A stretch of 49,914 nucleotides of DNA from a virus. Taxonomy: Duplodnaviria > Heunggongvirae > Uroviricota > Caudoviricetes. The translations under genes were made by a program, and so were the position numbers. Shown piece by piece: positions 21,753 to 35,001 of the stretch. Numbering within the stretch: position 1 is the first letter of the stretch; the number at the start of each line of letters is the position of its first letter. The stretch is taken from the IMG/VR virus record IMGVR_UViG_2802429222_000003. The stretch is one strand, 5' to 3'. The notes below the pieces were generated by a model that worked only from the letters and a program-made list of their open reading frames with translations, was not told where the DNA came from and made no database searches.

Positions 21753-21772
<20 letters not shown>
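20453..21772 (-). CDS. C: capsid assembly protease C (439 aa, GTG start)
   Basis: from GTG at 21772 the product reads (M)TAELRNLPHIASMAF... as recalled for lambda C; track ORF is extended upstream into B. Confidence 0.9.
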
Positions 21773-25453
<3,681 letters not shown>

Positions 25454-25479
<26 letters not shown>

Positions 25480-25999
25480 TCAGCAACCCCGGTATCAGTT
25501 CATCCAGCGCGGCTGCTTTGTTCATGGCTTTGATGATATCCCGTTTCAGGAAATCAACATGTCGGTTTTCCAGTTCCGGAAAACGCCGCTGCACCGACAG
25601 GGGGATCCCGTCGAGAATACTGGCAATTTCACCTGCGATCCGCGACAGCACGAAAGTACAGAATGCGGTTTCCACCACTTCAGCGGAGTCTCTGGCATTT
25701 TTCAGCTCCTGTGCGTCGGCCTGCGCACGCGTAAGTCGATGGCGTTCGTACTCAATAGTCCCTGGCTGCAGATCTGTCTCGCTGGCCTGCCGCAGTTCTT
25801 CAACCTCCCGGCGCAGCTTTTCGTTCTCAATTTCAGCATCCCTTTCGGCATACCATTTTATGACGGCGGCAGAGTCATAAAGCACCTCATTACCCTTCCC
25901 GCCACCTCGCAGAACGGGCATTCCCTGCTCCTGCCAGTTCTGAATGGTACGGATGCTCGCACCGAAAATGTCAGCCAGCTGCTTTTTGTTGACTTCCAT
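25454..25999 (-). CDS. Nu1: terminase small subunit Nu1 (181 aa)
   Basis: MEVNKKQLADIFGASIRTIQNWQEQGMPV... essentially identical to recalled lambda Nu1. Confidence 0.95.
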
Positions 26000-26260
26000 T
26001 GTTCATTCCACGGACAAAAACAGAGAAAGGAAACGACAGAGGCCCAAAAGTTCGTTTTCAGCACCTGTCGTTTCCTTTCTTTTCAGGGGGTATTTTAAAT
26101 AAAAACATTAAGTTACGACGAAGAAGAACGGAAACGCCTTAAACCGGAAAATTTTCATAAATAGCGAAAACCCGCGAGGTCGCCGCCCCGTAACCTGTCG
26201 GATCGCCGGAAAGGACCCGCAAAATGATAATAATTATCATCTACATGTCACAACGTGCAT
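26000..26260 (-). other. cos packaging site: cosN 12-nt cohesive-end sequence at 26177..26188 with cosB to the left and cosQ side to the right
   Basis: plus strand AGGTCGCCGCCC is the reverse complement of lambda GGGCGGCGACCT; flanks match recalled lambda left- and right-end sequences. Confidence 0.9.
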
Positions 26261-26387
26261 CTACGCCATCAAACCACGTCAAATAATCAATTATGACGCA
26301 GGTATCGTATTAATTGATCTGCATCAACTTAACGTAAAAACAACTTCAGACAATACAAATCAGCGACACTGAATACAGGGCAACCTC

Positions 26388-26621
26388 ATGTCAACGAAGA
26401 ACAGAACCCGCAGAACAACAACCCGCAACATCCGCTTTCCTAACCAAATGATTGAACAAATTAACATCGCTCTTGTTCAAAAAGGGTCCGGGAATTTCTC
26501 AGCCTGGGTCATTGAAGCCTGCCGCCGGAGACTGTGCTCAGAAAAAAGAGTTTCGCCTGAAGCAAACAAAGAAAAGAGTGACATTACTGAATTGCTCAGA
26601 AAACAGGTCAGACCAGATTGA
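26388..26621 (+). CDS. small basic protein with ribbon-helix-helix-like core (77 aa)
   Basis: RNIRFPNQMIEQINIALVQKGSGNFSAWVIEACRRRL resembles the RHH (CopG/Arc) pattern. Confidence 0.5.
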   Translation: MSTKNRTRRTTTRNIRFPNQMIEQINIALVQKGSGNFSAWVIEACRRRLCSEKRVSPEANKEKSDITELLRKQVRPD

Positions 26622-26663
26622 AGCAATTTAGATAATCGTGCAGACTACGCCCCATCATATCAC

Positions 26664-27089
26664 ATGGAAGGTACTACAATGGCTCAGGTTGCCATTTTTA
26701 AACAAATATTCGATAAAGTGCGAAATAATTTAAACTATCACTGGTTTTATTCTGAACTAAAACGTCACAATGTCTCACATTACATTTACTATTTAGCCAC
26801 AGAGAATATTCATCTTGTTCTTGAAAACGATAATACGGTTTTAATAAAAGGACAGGGTAAGGTTGTAAATGTAAGATTTTCAAAAAATAAATGCCTTATA
26901 GAAGCCACCTTAAAAGGATTCAAATCAGGAGAGTTATCATTTTACGAATACAGGAAAAATCTTGCTACAGCAGGGGTTTTCAGATGGATTACAAATATCC
27001 ACGAAAACAAAAGGTATTACTATACCTTTGATAATTCATTACTATTTACTGAGAACATTCAGAACACTACACAAATATTTCCGCACTAA
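26664..27089 (+). CDS. DUF1398-type protein, YbcV-like (141 aa)
   Basis: resembles recalled DLP12 YbcV ([12 protein letters not shown]...[10 protein letters not shown]...[13 protein letters not shown]); true start may be the internal Met at 26679. Confidence 0.6.
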   Translation: MEGTTMAQVAIFKQIFDKVRNNLNYHWFYSELKRHNVSHYIYYLATENIHLVLENDNTVLIKGQGKVVNVRFSKNKCLIEATLKGFKSGELSFYEYRKNLATAGVFRWITNIHENKRYYYTFDNSLLFTENIQNTTQIFPH

Positions 27090-27677
27090 ATCATAACGTC
27101 CGGTTTCTTCCGCGCCAGAACCGGACTCGCTGGCATGATGAAATATGTGTACCCGGTAACCCCGGTGTGCATCGTTTTTGATTATTCCCGCACACTCACG
27201 CAGAAGGAATTCCCCGTCGGGCTACGGTCTCTGTTAATACGGGAATACGGCGACGATACAGCGCATGATGTGTCAGGCTTGAATACCTTTATCCTTTAAA
27301 AGGGATATCAGTTAAGTTATCCCGTGTAGGGTATAAGCCATTATCAAAGCCACTCTGTAGGGAATGGCTTTTGTGATGGCATCACTTACTCTTTACGCTG
27401 CTATCCCACTCATCCCGGAATTTTGATGGGTTATTGAAACCTTCTGCTGACATAACAACTCCTTCAATGTTTGGCTGAAATTAGGATGTCTTTCCATCAG
27501 TCCGCCACCACAAAGAATCTTTTTTGCCATAAGGCAGGAGGTTCATCTTTCAGTGGCTGCCGGTGTTATTTCTCCACTTACTGGCTTGGGTTGTTTCGTG
27601 GTACTGCCGTTAACTGGTGGCCCAGAATAAATTCCGGTTTCATTATCAAGCCCACCCGTAAATGGGCTTTGTAATGG

Positions 27678-27953
27678 CTACTTCACTTTTGCTTTTGCTT
27701 TTGCTTTTGCTTCCGCTCGCTTACGCCGGCGCTCTTCTTTCCTCTCGGCTTTTGCCATGTCCATGAATGCCTGCATGATCGAGTTCCGCATCATGTAGCT
27801 AACAAAGTGATGATTGACACAGCCGTTGAGGCGCAGCTGCTCGCCAAACTCATCCACCGAGGCCAATGCTTCCATCATGCCCTTCTCGCCTTTCATGAAC
27901 TCTGAGAAGTCGCGCCCCGCTCTGGAGGCGCATTCAATAACCCGATCACTCAT
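27678..27953 (-). CDS. hypothetical protein with basic (AK)n C-terminal tail (91 aa)
   Basis: ATGA overlap with the upstream KilA-N gene; tail encoded by a perfect hexamer repeat. Confidence 0.5.
   Translation of the reverse strand: MSDRVIECASRAGRDFSEFMKGEKGMMEALASVDEFGEQLRLNGCVNHHFVSYMMRNSIMQAFMDMAKAERKEERRRKRAEAKAKAKAKVK
27686..27709. repeat. perfect tandem hexanucleotide repeat CTTTTG x4 (CAAAAG on the coding strand)
   Basis: read directly at 27686..27709. Confidence 0.9.
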
Positions 27954-28447
27954 CCCGGAAGCCCGGGGATCGTAATCTGCAGCTGGTTAGCCAGGGAGTT
28001 AATCTCAGCGACCAACACTGGCTTCGTATAGCGCCATGCTGCCAGCCCTTGTCCGCAGAAGCTCGCCATGTCTTTCTTCTGGTCAAACTCATGACATTTC
28101 ATGTTGAGCTGCGCACTTAAGCTGTTGCGATGCTGAAGTTCTCCGGTGAAGTAGTCATCGAGGACTTTATAGGCCGCGTACTTGAACCCGGGGTTTAACC
28201 AAGCCGCATAATCGTAAGCAACAAACTTCCCGCCATATGTTCCACCGTGTACACCGCGCTCAGTAAAAACCACAGATTCGTGGTTTTTCTCCAGCTCGGC
28301 TAAGAACTCTTTGGTCTGCTTGTTTCGCAGGTAGTGGTAAGGCGATTCAGATTCACTTTTACCACTGGCTTTCCACATATCAGTGAGGCAGATCATGCCA
28401 TCTTCACCGATACGAATTGGTTGATTGAAGAGGGTTAATGATTTCAT
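27950..28447 (-). CDS. KilA-N domain protein (165 aa)
   Basis: N-terminal pattern IRIGEDGMICLTDMWKASG....YHYLRNKQTKEFLAEL typical of KilA-N/antirepressor N-domains. Confidence 0.6.
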   Translation of the reverse strand: MKSLTLFNQPIRIGEDGMICLTDMWKASGKSESESPYHYLRNKQTKEFLAELEKNHESVVFTERGVHGGTYGGKFVAYDYAAWLNPGFKYAAYKVLDDYFTGELQHRNSLSAQLNMKCHEFDQKKDMASFCGQGLAAWRYTKPVLVAEINSLANQLQITIPGLPG

Positions 28448-28562
28448 AGCGTGTACCTACTCTTTGAAATGAACCTTTGCCGCACAGGAAACCAGCCCAC
28501 CGAGGCTCGCCAGCACTAACTGGTATCCTCAAAGGCCCATTCCAAAGGGGCAGGTTCGGTGT

Positions 28563-28619
28563 AAAAAACATGCGTTGCGGTACGCATTTATTGCAAAAAG
28601 CCCCGCATCGCGAGGCTCA
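28563..28619 (-). terminator. two candidate intrinsic terminators after Rz (hairpin 28570..28587 with T-tract; hairpin 28601..28619 with T-tract)
   Basis: minus-strand ATGCGT-ACCGCA-ACGCAT followed by GTTTTTT; GCCTCGCGATGCGGGGC followed by TTTTT. Confidence 0.5.
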
Positions 28620-28648
28620 TTAAATGGACTTTGTGATTTGCAAAAAAA

Positions 28649-29107
28649 TTATTTCAGGCATTGCGTCCTGATGTATTCCTGCAGGTAGTTAACCTGCGCG
28701 GTTATCTTGTCGATTCCACTTCGGAGACGGTAATAATTGAGTTCAGCATCTGCTGTAAGTCCTGGGCTTTCTCCATCGCCCATGCCGCTGGCTCCGGTCG
28801 TTGACTTTGCACAGGTGGCGGCGACTTGCAGGCGCTTACGCCCAGCAGAAACATCAGCACGGAGACTTTCGATAGTCGCGTTAGCATCAGCAAGCTCCTT
28901 TGTGTATCTTGCGTCGAGTTCTGCTACATCACGTTGACGCTTCCGCATGTCAGCGATGGTGGCGTTCGCCTTCTCCAGTTCACTGGCCTTGTTATCGCGC
29001 TGCTCTTTGTAGGCGATTGCGTTATCACGGTAATGATTAACAGCCAATGACAGGCAGACGATGATGCAGATAACCAGAGCGGAGATAATCGCGGTTACTC
29101 TGTTCAT
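28649..29107 (-). CDS. Rz: spanin inner-membrane subunit Rz (152 aa)
   Basis: ATGA overlap with endolysin stop; N-terminal transmembrane segment, coiled-coil-like remainder; Rz1 embedded in +1 frame. Confidence 0.85.
   Translation of the reverse strand: MNRVTAIISALVICIIVCLSLAVNHYRDNAIAYKEQRDNKASELEKANATIADMRKRQRDVAELDARYTKELADANATIESLRADVSAGRKRLQVAATCAKSTTGASGMGDGESPGLTADAELNYYRLRSGIDKITAQVNYLQEYIRTQCLK
28702..28893 (-). CDS. Rz1: spanin outer-membrane lipoprotein Rz1 (embedded in Rz)
   Basis: signal peptide with lipobox-like VSAC followed by a Pro-rich stretch, entirely inside Rz in another frame. Confidence 0.75.
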   Translation of the reverse strand: MLMLTRLSKVSVLMFLLGVSACKSPPPVQSQRPEPAAWAMEKAQDLQQMLNSIITVSEVESTR

Positions 29108-29601
29108 TGCTGACCCCACAAACAGATTTCACGCTCAATCTCACGACGAGTCATGAGACCTTTCCATTGCTTACCGCCAGCATATGTCCAGCGACGTAGC
29201 TGATCACATGTGCCTTTGATATCGCCCTGGTTTATTTTGCGAAGAAGCGTCGATGTTCTGAAATTGCCAGCGCCCACGTTGTAAACGAACGAGTAAAGAG
29301 CGCCGCGCATTGTTTCCGGTATATCAACTTTTATGTACGGGTTAATTTGTCTGGCGACCGTGGCAAGGTCTTTATTCAGGAGGGCTTTGCATTCTGCTTT
29401 GGTATACGTTTTACCGAGCATGATGTCTTTTCCTGTATGCCCGTGACATACAGTCCATACACCAACAATATCTTTGTATGGTATGTAGCTGACACCTTCC
29501 AGACCATCGTTACCACTTGGGCCAGTGATTAACACTGATGCTATAGCAATTGCTCCGCCACCAATAGCAGCAGCAACGACTTTTCGTAATGATGGAGGCA
29601 T
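29104..29601 (-). CDS. R: SAR endolysin (phage 21 R-type lysozyme, 165 aa)
   Basis: Gly/Ala-rich N-terminal signal-anchor-release segment followed by a T4-lysozyme-like catalytic region; resembles recalled R21 / DLP12 RrrD. Confidence 0.9.
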   Translation of the reverse strand: MPPSLRKVVAAAIGGGAIAIASVLITGPSGNDGLEGVSYIPYKDIVGVWTVCHGHTGKDIMLGKTYTKAECKALLNKDLATVARQINPYIKVDIPETMRGALYSFVYNVGAGNFRTSTLLRKINQGDIKGTCDQLRRWTYAGGKQWKGLMTRREIEREICLWGQQ

Positions 29602-29816
29602 TATTCACCTCTCGCAGCCTTGCGCTTATCTTCTTTAATCTTGAAATAAAGGTTTGTCAGGTACGTCAGCAGGCCAAATACCAGGCTACCCAGCACACCT
29701 ATTGCTGCCCACTGTGAGGGCGTGACTTTATCGAGCAGCTGTAAAAACCAGTAGCCAGCACTGCCTGCGGAGGTGCCGTAGGCAATGCCCGTTGTTAACT
29801 TATCCATGGATTTCAT
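29601..29816 (-). CDS. S: pinholin (phage 21 S-type class II holin, 71 aa, dual start MKSM)
   Basis: matches recalled S21 (...[17 protein letters not shown]...[11 protein letters not shown]...[13 protein letters not shown]). Confidence 0.9.
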   Translation of the reverse strand: MKSMDKLTTGIAYGTSAGSAGYWFLQLLDKVTPSQWAAIGVLGSLVFGLLTYLTNLYFKIKEDKRKAARGE

Positions 29817-30004
29817 AGCCTCACCTCCGCAAATAACGGATGGTGTACACGGTTCGGAACGAAGAGGAAAGGTATAGAAGTTACATTAGCGTAAGGCTTG
29901 AACATCTATTCAAAAAGAAAAACGCCAGCGATTATTCTGGCGTAGCTGAAAGCATCATACAATTATCAAATACGAAAATTACAAAATCATTAAAACGCAT
30001 CACG

Positions 30005-30745
30005 TTACATCATGTCTTTTTCTAAAAAAAATCTTGATGAATATTGATGGGGAGGAACACCAAAATATCTTCTGAAAACACTTACAAAATATGACGTGTT
30101 TTCATAACCGCATATCTCAGCAACTTTTCCAACAGAATATAAATTGTAGCTTAATAACCTTTCCGCCATCACCATTCGCTCTTCAAGAATTAATTTACTA
30201 AATGATAAGCCTTCGTGCTTTAATTTTCTTTTTAACAGACTTTCACTCAGATACAGTCTTGAAGATATATCACAAAGTCTCCATGTTGCAGATATATCCG
30301 TGTGAATAATAGCCTTAACTTTACTTCCTAAACTATTAAGACATCCAAATAAAAAACTTTGCACTATTTTCTCTGAAGATAAGATAGCAAGACATGCAAG
30401 TGATATTTGATTTCTAACAAAATCCACAGTTCTGCCATCACAATTCAAGCATGCAATCAAGTTCTTTAACAATGAAAAATCTTCACATTCCACCATCAAG
30501 TATGCCGGATAAAACCTTCTTACAGAAAAAGGTGAGAGTGTGTTGCTTTTAAAGAAATCATTAACTGTTTTCTCTTCAACATCTACGATCATTACATGAT
30601 CTATATTTGATGAAAAAAAATCTTTTAAATTGTAATCAATGAGAACAGCACTTCCTTTTTTAAACAAAATATCTTCTTTACCAATTCGGACATCAAACGA
30701 GTTCAACACCAAAATGATAGAACATATGTATGGCATATTATCCAC
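30005..30745 (-). CDS. AraC-family regulator, AppY/EnvY-like paralog (246 aa)
   Basis: about 40-45% identity by eye to AppY at 3118..3867 across both the N-terminal and HTH regions. Confidence 0.8.
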   Translation of the reverse strand: MDNMPYICSIILVLNSFDVRIGKEDILFKKGSAVLIDYNLKDFFSSNIDHVMIVDVEEKTVNDFFKSNTLSPFSVRRFYPAYLMVECEDFSLLKNLIACLNCDGRTVDFVRNQISLACLAILSSEKIVQSFLFGCLNSLGSKVKAIIHTDISATWRLCDISSRLYLSESLLKRKLKHEGLSFSKLILEERMVMAERLLSYNLYSVGKVAEICGYENTSYFVSVFRRYFGVPPHQYSSRFFLEKDMM

Positions 30746-31087
30746 CTGATATCATTGGGGTTACACCAGGTAAGTATAGGTGGAAAATCAATATTCGCCA
30801 GTTCAACAATAAGGAAAATCTCATTGCATCACAAGTATAAAATTATGTATTTAACTCACAAAGACAAATTATTAAACCAATCTGTTATATTATATATAGC
30901 TGCGTGGAATCATAATATCATATATTTTGACTGGCATGTTTACCAAATTTAAGTTGCATCTCAATGGTTTCTTCAGCGTAAACAGAGTTTTTATACAAAC
31001 TGACACTCTGGGTATCATAGTGTAGTTTTTACGATTGTAAATATCCTGTATGCAGGAACTCATCCTTTTGGATGATATCGCATACAA

Positions 31088-32047
31088 TTAATTTACCATC
31101 AGTCTTAGAGCCAGTTCGTCCGGATAGGGATCGAAGTAATTCTGTGTAAGCAAGTAATCATTAGGATACTCACCCAGATAATGCTTCAGCAGAGTCAACG
31201 GCGCAAGAAGAGGTAATGTGCCAGAACGATAGTTAAGTATAACCTCGCTCAACTCTTTACGCTGGCGTGTACTTAAGTAGTTACTAAAATACCCCTGTAT
31301 ATGCATCAGCACATTCGTGTGATTTTTACGTGATGCAGGTTTTCTGAGAATCGCCATCAGCTTATCACGATACACCTCAAAGTATGATTCAAGATCCGCC
31401 CACTCGTGTATTGCAGCCACAAATGGTCCCATATCTTTATAGCCTGTCTGACTATGCGCCAACAACTGAAGCTTATAACGACTATGAAAAGCCAATAACT
31501 CTCTTCTTGATAATTTCTCCTTGTAAAGGTGATTGAGCTCATGCAAAGCAAAAACTCTTTCAACAAAATTCTCACGAAGCACTGGATCATGTAATCGCCC
31601 ATCCTCTTCAACCGGTAGCCAGGAAAACTTTTCCATCAAAGTGCTCGTAAATAGTCCCACTCCATCTTTACGACCTCGATTACCATTTTCATCATAGACA
31701 CGCACGCGCTCCATGCCACAGCTGGGAGATTTAGCACAAACCACAAACCCCGATACATCCTTTAATTTGTCCATATAAGAACGACTAAACTCTGTCATTC
31801 TCTCTGTCACATCCTCATTCTGGTCGTGGCTGAAACACATCCGTATATTTCCTTGCGTCGAGCGCACAAGACGTAGAGCAGGACGCGGAACTGGCAGCCC
31901 TATAGCCATTTCCGGACATACTGGTCTGAATGTTACCCATTCCACTAATTTGTCCATTAAAAAGTCAGCTCTTTTGTGACCACCATCAAAACGAACAGCA
32001 GAACCGGCCAAACAACCGCTGATTCCAATCACAGGTTTTTTTATCAT
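31088..32047 (-). CDS. DUF523 (TudS-like) / DUF1722 (YbgA-like) fusion protein (319 aa)
   Basis: motifs GISGCLAG..VRFDGGHK, VCPEMAIGLPVPR, KSPSCG consistent with the Cys-containing DUF523 core; C-terminal half resembles YbgA-type domain. Confidence 0.6.
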   Translation of the reverse strand: MIKKPVIGISGCLAGSAVRFDGGHKRADFLMDKLVEWVTFRPVCPEMAIGLPVPRPALRLVRSTQGNIRMCFSHDQNEDVTERMTEFSRSYMDKLKDVSGFVVCAKSPSCGMERVRVYDENGNRGRKDGVGLFTSTLMEKFSWLPVEEDGRLHDPVLRENFVERVFALHELNHLYKEKLSRRELLAFHSRYKLQLLAHSQTGYKDMGPFVAAIHEWADLESYFEVYRDKLMAILRKPASRKNHTNVLMHIQGYFSNYLSTRQRKELSEVILNYRSGTLPLLAPLTLLKHYLGEYPNDYLLTQNYFDPYPDELALRLMVN

Positions 32048-32239
32048 ATCCTCCCCCTTGACTAATTCATTAACACATAAACTGTGTAGTGCACGGAATA
32101 AATTGCCTTTCTGGCGTCATCACTGACAATTTTTCTGTTATGGACTATTCCTAATATAGTATGAAAGTTCTTTAAGTGATCGGTCGTAATCATCTATCTT
32201 TCATACTTACTCTCAACTATCAAAAGTACAGGATTTATT

Positions 32240-32764
32240 ATGAAGTTATGGCCTGTGTTGACTGGCATTGCGCTCTCTTTCACTCTTATAGCATGTAAGG
32301 CCCCGACACCACCTAAAGGTGTGCAGCCGATTACAAATTTTGACGCCAACCGCTACCTCGGAAAATGGTATGAAATAGCTCGCCTCGAGAACCGGTTCGA
32401 ACGTGGTCTGGAACAGGTCAGCGCTACTTATGGAAAACGGAACGACGGAGGGATTCGTGTACTTAACCGTGGATACGATCCAACGAAAAATAAATGGAGC
32501 GAGAGCGAAGGTAAAGCATACTTTACTGGAGATACTAAAACTGCAGCGTTGAAGGTTTCGTTTTTTGGCCCCTTCTATGGTGGCTATAATGTAATCAAAC
32601 TGGATGATGAGTATAAGTATGCTCTTGTCAGTGGTCCGAACAGAGAATACCTATGGATTCTGGCAAGGACCTCAACTATTCCAGATAAAGTAAAAGCAGA
32701 CTATGTGCGAACCGCTCAAAAGTTGGGATTCAATGTCAATGAATTATTATGGGTTAAACAATAA
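32240..32764 (+). CDS. bacterial lipocalin (Blc-like) lipoprotein (174 aa)
   Basis: signal peptide with lipobox LIAC; roughly 60% identity by eye to recalled E. coli Blc (NFDANRYLGKWYEIARLENRFERGLE...KVSFFGPFYGGYNVI...YLWILARTSTI). Confidence 0.85.
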   Translation: MKLWPVLTGIALSFTLIACKAPTPPKGVQPITNFDANRYLGKWYEIARLENRFERGLEQVSATYGKRNDGGIRVLNRGYDPTKNKWSESEGKAYFTGDTKTAALKVSFFGPFYGGYNVIKLDDEYKYALVSGPNREYLWILARTSTIPDKVKADYVRTAQKLGFNVNELLWVKQ

Positions 32765-32792
32765 AATCCCTACCCGAAATGATACTTATTAG

Positions 32793-32819
32793 AAAAAAAC
32801 CAGCCTTTGGGGAGGCTGG
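32793..32819 (-). terminator. intrinsic terminator downstream of Q (candidate tR' of the late operon)
   Basis: minus-strand hairpin CCAGCCTCCCCAAAGGCTGG followed by TTTTTTT. Confidence 0.7.
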
Positions 32820-32919
32820 CTAAATCAGGAAACAAGCTGTTATATGATAATAACTACGTTGCGATTCCAACATTTAAAATGTTAGACTAATGACAATCAG
32901 ACAGCAACTTTTCCTTTAA

Positions 32920-33312
32920 TTATTTCGAACAATCAGCATCCATCTCCAATCGGAGATCCAACACCATCAGCATACCCTCCACTACGCCCTCAGCTTTCTG
33001 GAGCATCCTGCCAACCCAACAATCAGATCGCCCATGCTTACGTGCAAGCGCCATAAAAGTCATGCCGCCGACATAATAGTCCACCAATAAATCATGCAAA
33101 TCGCTGTTGTTCTTTTTCAGACGGGCCATGCACCCGCAAATGATCATCGCGTCATCGTCACAACATTGCGGGCGAGATTTTACTTTTGAAGGAATTAATC
33201 CCTTAAAACCGGCGGCAATGGACGACCAGGTCACATCTTCATGATTATTAGCCGCCCACGCTCCCCAACGCTCAAGAACCATCTGAATATCACGCATCAA
33301 CTTACTCCACAA
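32920..33312 (-). CDS. Q: late antiterminator Q (phage 82 / DLP12 QuuD-like)
   Basis: resembles recalled QuuD ([22 protein letters not shown]...[16 protein letters not shown]); position upstream of tR' and lysis genes; start may be an internal Met. Confidence 0.75.
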   Translation of the reverse strand: MWSKLMRDIQMVLERWGAWAANNHEDVTWSSIAAGFKGLIPSKVKSRPQCCDDDAMIICGCMARLKKNNSDLHDLLVDYYVGGMTFMALARKHGRSDCWVGRMLQKAEGVVEGMLMVLDLRLEMDADCSK

Positions 33313-33519
33313 AACTCAGACCAGAACGCCAATTACAAGCAAAAATCAACAAAACAGTATTAGTTGATTGTTATCTCTGACTTCATACTCCTGCTCCTGT
33401 CAGTGTTTTGGCGTAATTCTTCAGTATTCGGTAATCGGTCAAAACAGAGCCGGGGAAACGATATAAGCGCAGACGCCCCCAGCGGTGGCGAAGAAGTTCT
33501 GCCATATTAAACTCAAACA

Positions 33520-33882
33520 TCATTCATTCCCCATTTCGGTGATGGTCAGTTCCAGCCTCCCACCTTTGGTAACAGGCATCTTCACAACGCGGTAATCAAC
33601 GACCTGAGCATCATCCAGCCAGAAACCTGCTTTAGTGAGTGCGTCAAAAGCGGCTTTTTGCAGATTATCCAGGTCACGGCTACGGCGATCCGGCATGTGG
33701 CACTCAATGCGGATTTTCACAGGCATAGCCAGGCCGATATCCAGCATTGCGTTTTTAATGATTCGGGCGACGTTATCGCGGTATGCCTGCCCCTCTGCAC
33801 TGACGTGCGTGCGCCCGCGATTATGGCGGTAATAGCGATTATTGCTCGGAGGCCAGGGTAATGTGATACTGTAGGTATTCAC
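33520..33882 (-). CDS. rusA: Holliday junction resolvase RusA (120 aa)
   Basis: matches recalled RusA ([23 protein letters not shown]...TITEMGNE). Confidence 0.93.
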   Translation of the reverse strand: MNTYSITLPWPPSNNRYYRHNRGRTHVSAEGQAYRDNVARIIKNAMLDIGLAMPVKIRIECHMPDRRSRDLDNLQKAAFDALTKAGFWLDDAQVVDYRVVKMPVTKGGRLELTITEMGNE

Positions 33883-34169
33883 GCCTTAATAACCCCCTCT
33901 TTCAGCCAGATAACCTGTGTTCTCGCCATACCTTCCAGCGCGCATTCTTTTGCATATGCAGCATCGACAAAATGTGTGCGGCGGTCGATTTCGTCGTGGC
34001 AGGCAGAACATGCAATGGTGGCAATCAGGTCTGGCGGTTTGATACCGGTACCGCACAATCCAGCCAGCCGGATATGTGCCAGTACAGACGTTTCAGAATT
34101 GCCATTACATACGCCAGGGATTCTTACCTGGCATTCCCGACCACGCGCTGCTTTTCTCAAATCAGCCAT
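33879..34169 (-). CDS. DUF1364 Cys-rich nin-region protein (YbcO-like, 96 aa from the internal Met)
   Basis: CxxxxxxC...CSACH pattern; ATGA-type overlap with rusA; DLP12-like gene order. Confidence 0.6.
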   Translation of the reverse strand: MADLRKAARGRECQVRIPGVCNGNSETSVLAHIRLAGLCGTGIKPPDLIATIACSACHDEIDRRTHFVDAAYAKECALEGMARTQVIWLKEGVIKA

Positions 34170-34331
34170 GATTCCTCCTTGCTGCCAGTCGCAACCATTT
34201 TTTATCAACCAGGCTAGCGGTATATCCGAGCAGTGTTGGTATTTCGGATGGCTTCAGCTCAGGCTTACGCTTACGACGATTTGATACTCTGTAGATGTGT
34301 CCGTTCATGACACGAATAAGCGGTGTAGCCA

Positions 34332-34787
34332 TTACGCCTCCTGCTTGTCGCGGAGCTGCTGGAACTCGCAGCTCTGCGGAATAGTCAGGTGGCAGCCAAT
34401 ATTCACCGCCCAGGCTTCAACCTTACACAGGAAGACATACATCTCTCCGGTATCAAGATCGGAGGTATGGCGTAACGACTGGATAGTGGTGATATCACCG
34501 GTTACGACATCAACCAGGTCTTTGGTTTCATAACCGAGATATGTGTGTTTGAGAGCATCTTTTACCCAAGCTGGAGTGGCGAACGTTTTACCCCTGCTGA
34601 TGAGGTGTTCACTGATTTCGCTGTACCACATGTGGCTGAGTGCATTCTGGGAAAGACTGCGTTTCTCACGCCACGGTTTAAGCACCATGCGAAAGCATTT
34701 GCCCTCCTCCAGATAAGGCTGGATCTGCCGACCGATAGCGGTGAAGTTGCCGCGATGTAATTTGATGCCGTCTTGTGAGAGGTTCAC
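34332..34787 (-). CDS. nin-region protein, YbcN-like (151 aa)
   Basis: length and position match DLP12 ybcN; no motif recognised. Confidence 0.55.
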
Positions 34788-35001
34788 GCTTCACCTCCGC
34801 AGAGGTCAAACGCTAGATGCAAAGAATTGCAGGTGCATTTCTGCATCTGTGAAGGGAGAAGAGAGTTTGGATTGTATGTGCGCATAAACGTCCCCGTTTA
34901 GCGCAGAAGTCACCGGAGTTGTTCAGGCTCCGGTGACATAATTATGCCGTGTTGATTTCCCAAAATCAAAATCGATAGAATTGCTCCTTCTTAAAACACT
35001 T

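Noticed and set aside
29817-32919. Shiga toxin or tRNA genes in the Q-S interval
   Set aside because: The ORFs present are a lipocalin, a DUF523/DUF1722 protein and an AraC regulator; no StxA/StxB-like ORF and no tRNA cloverleaf recognised by eye (a tRNA scan was not run)
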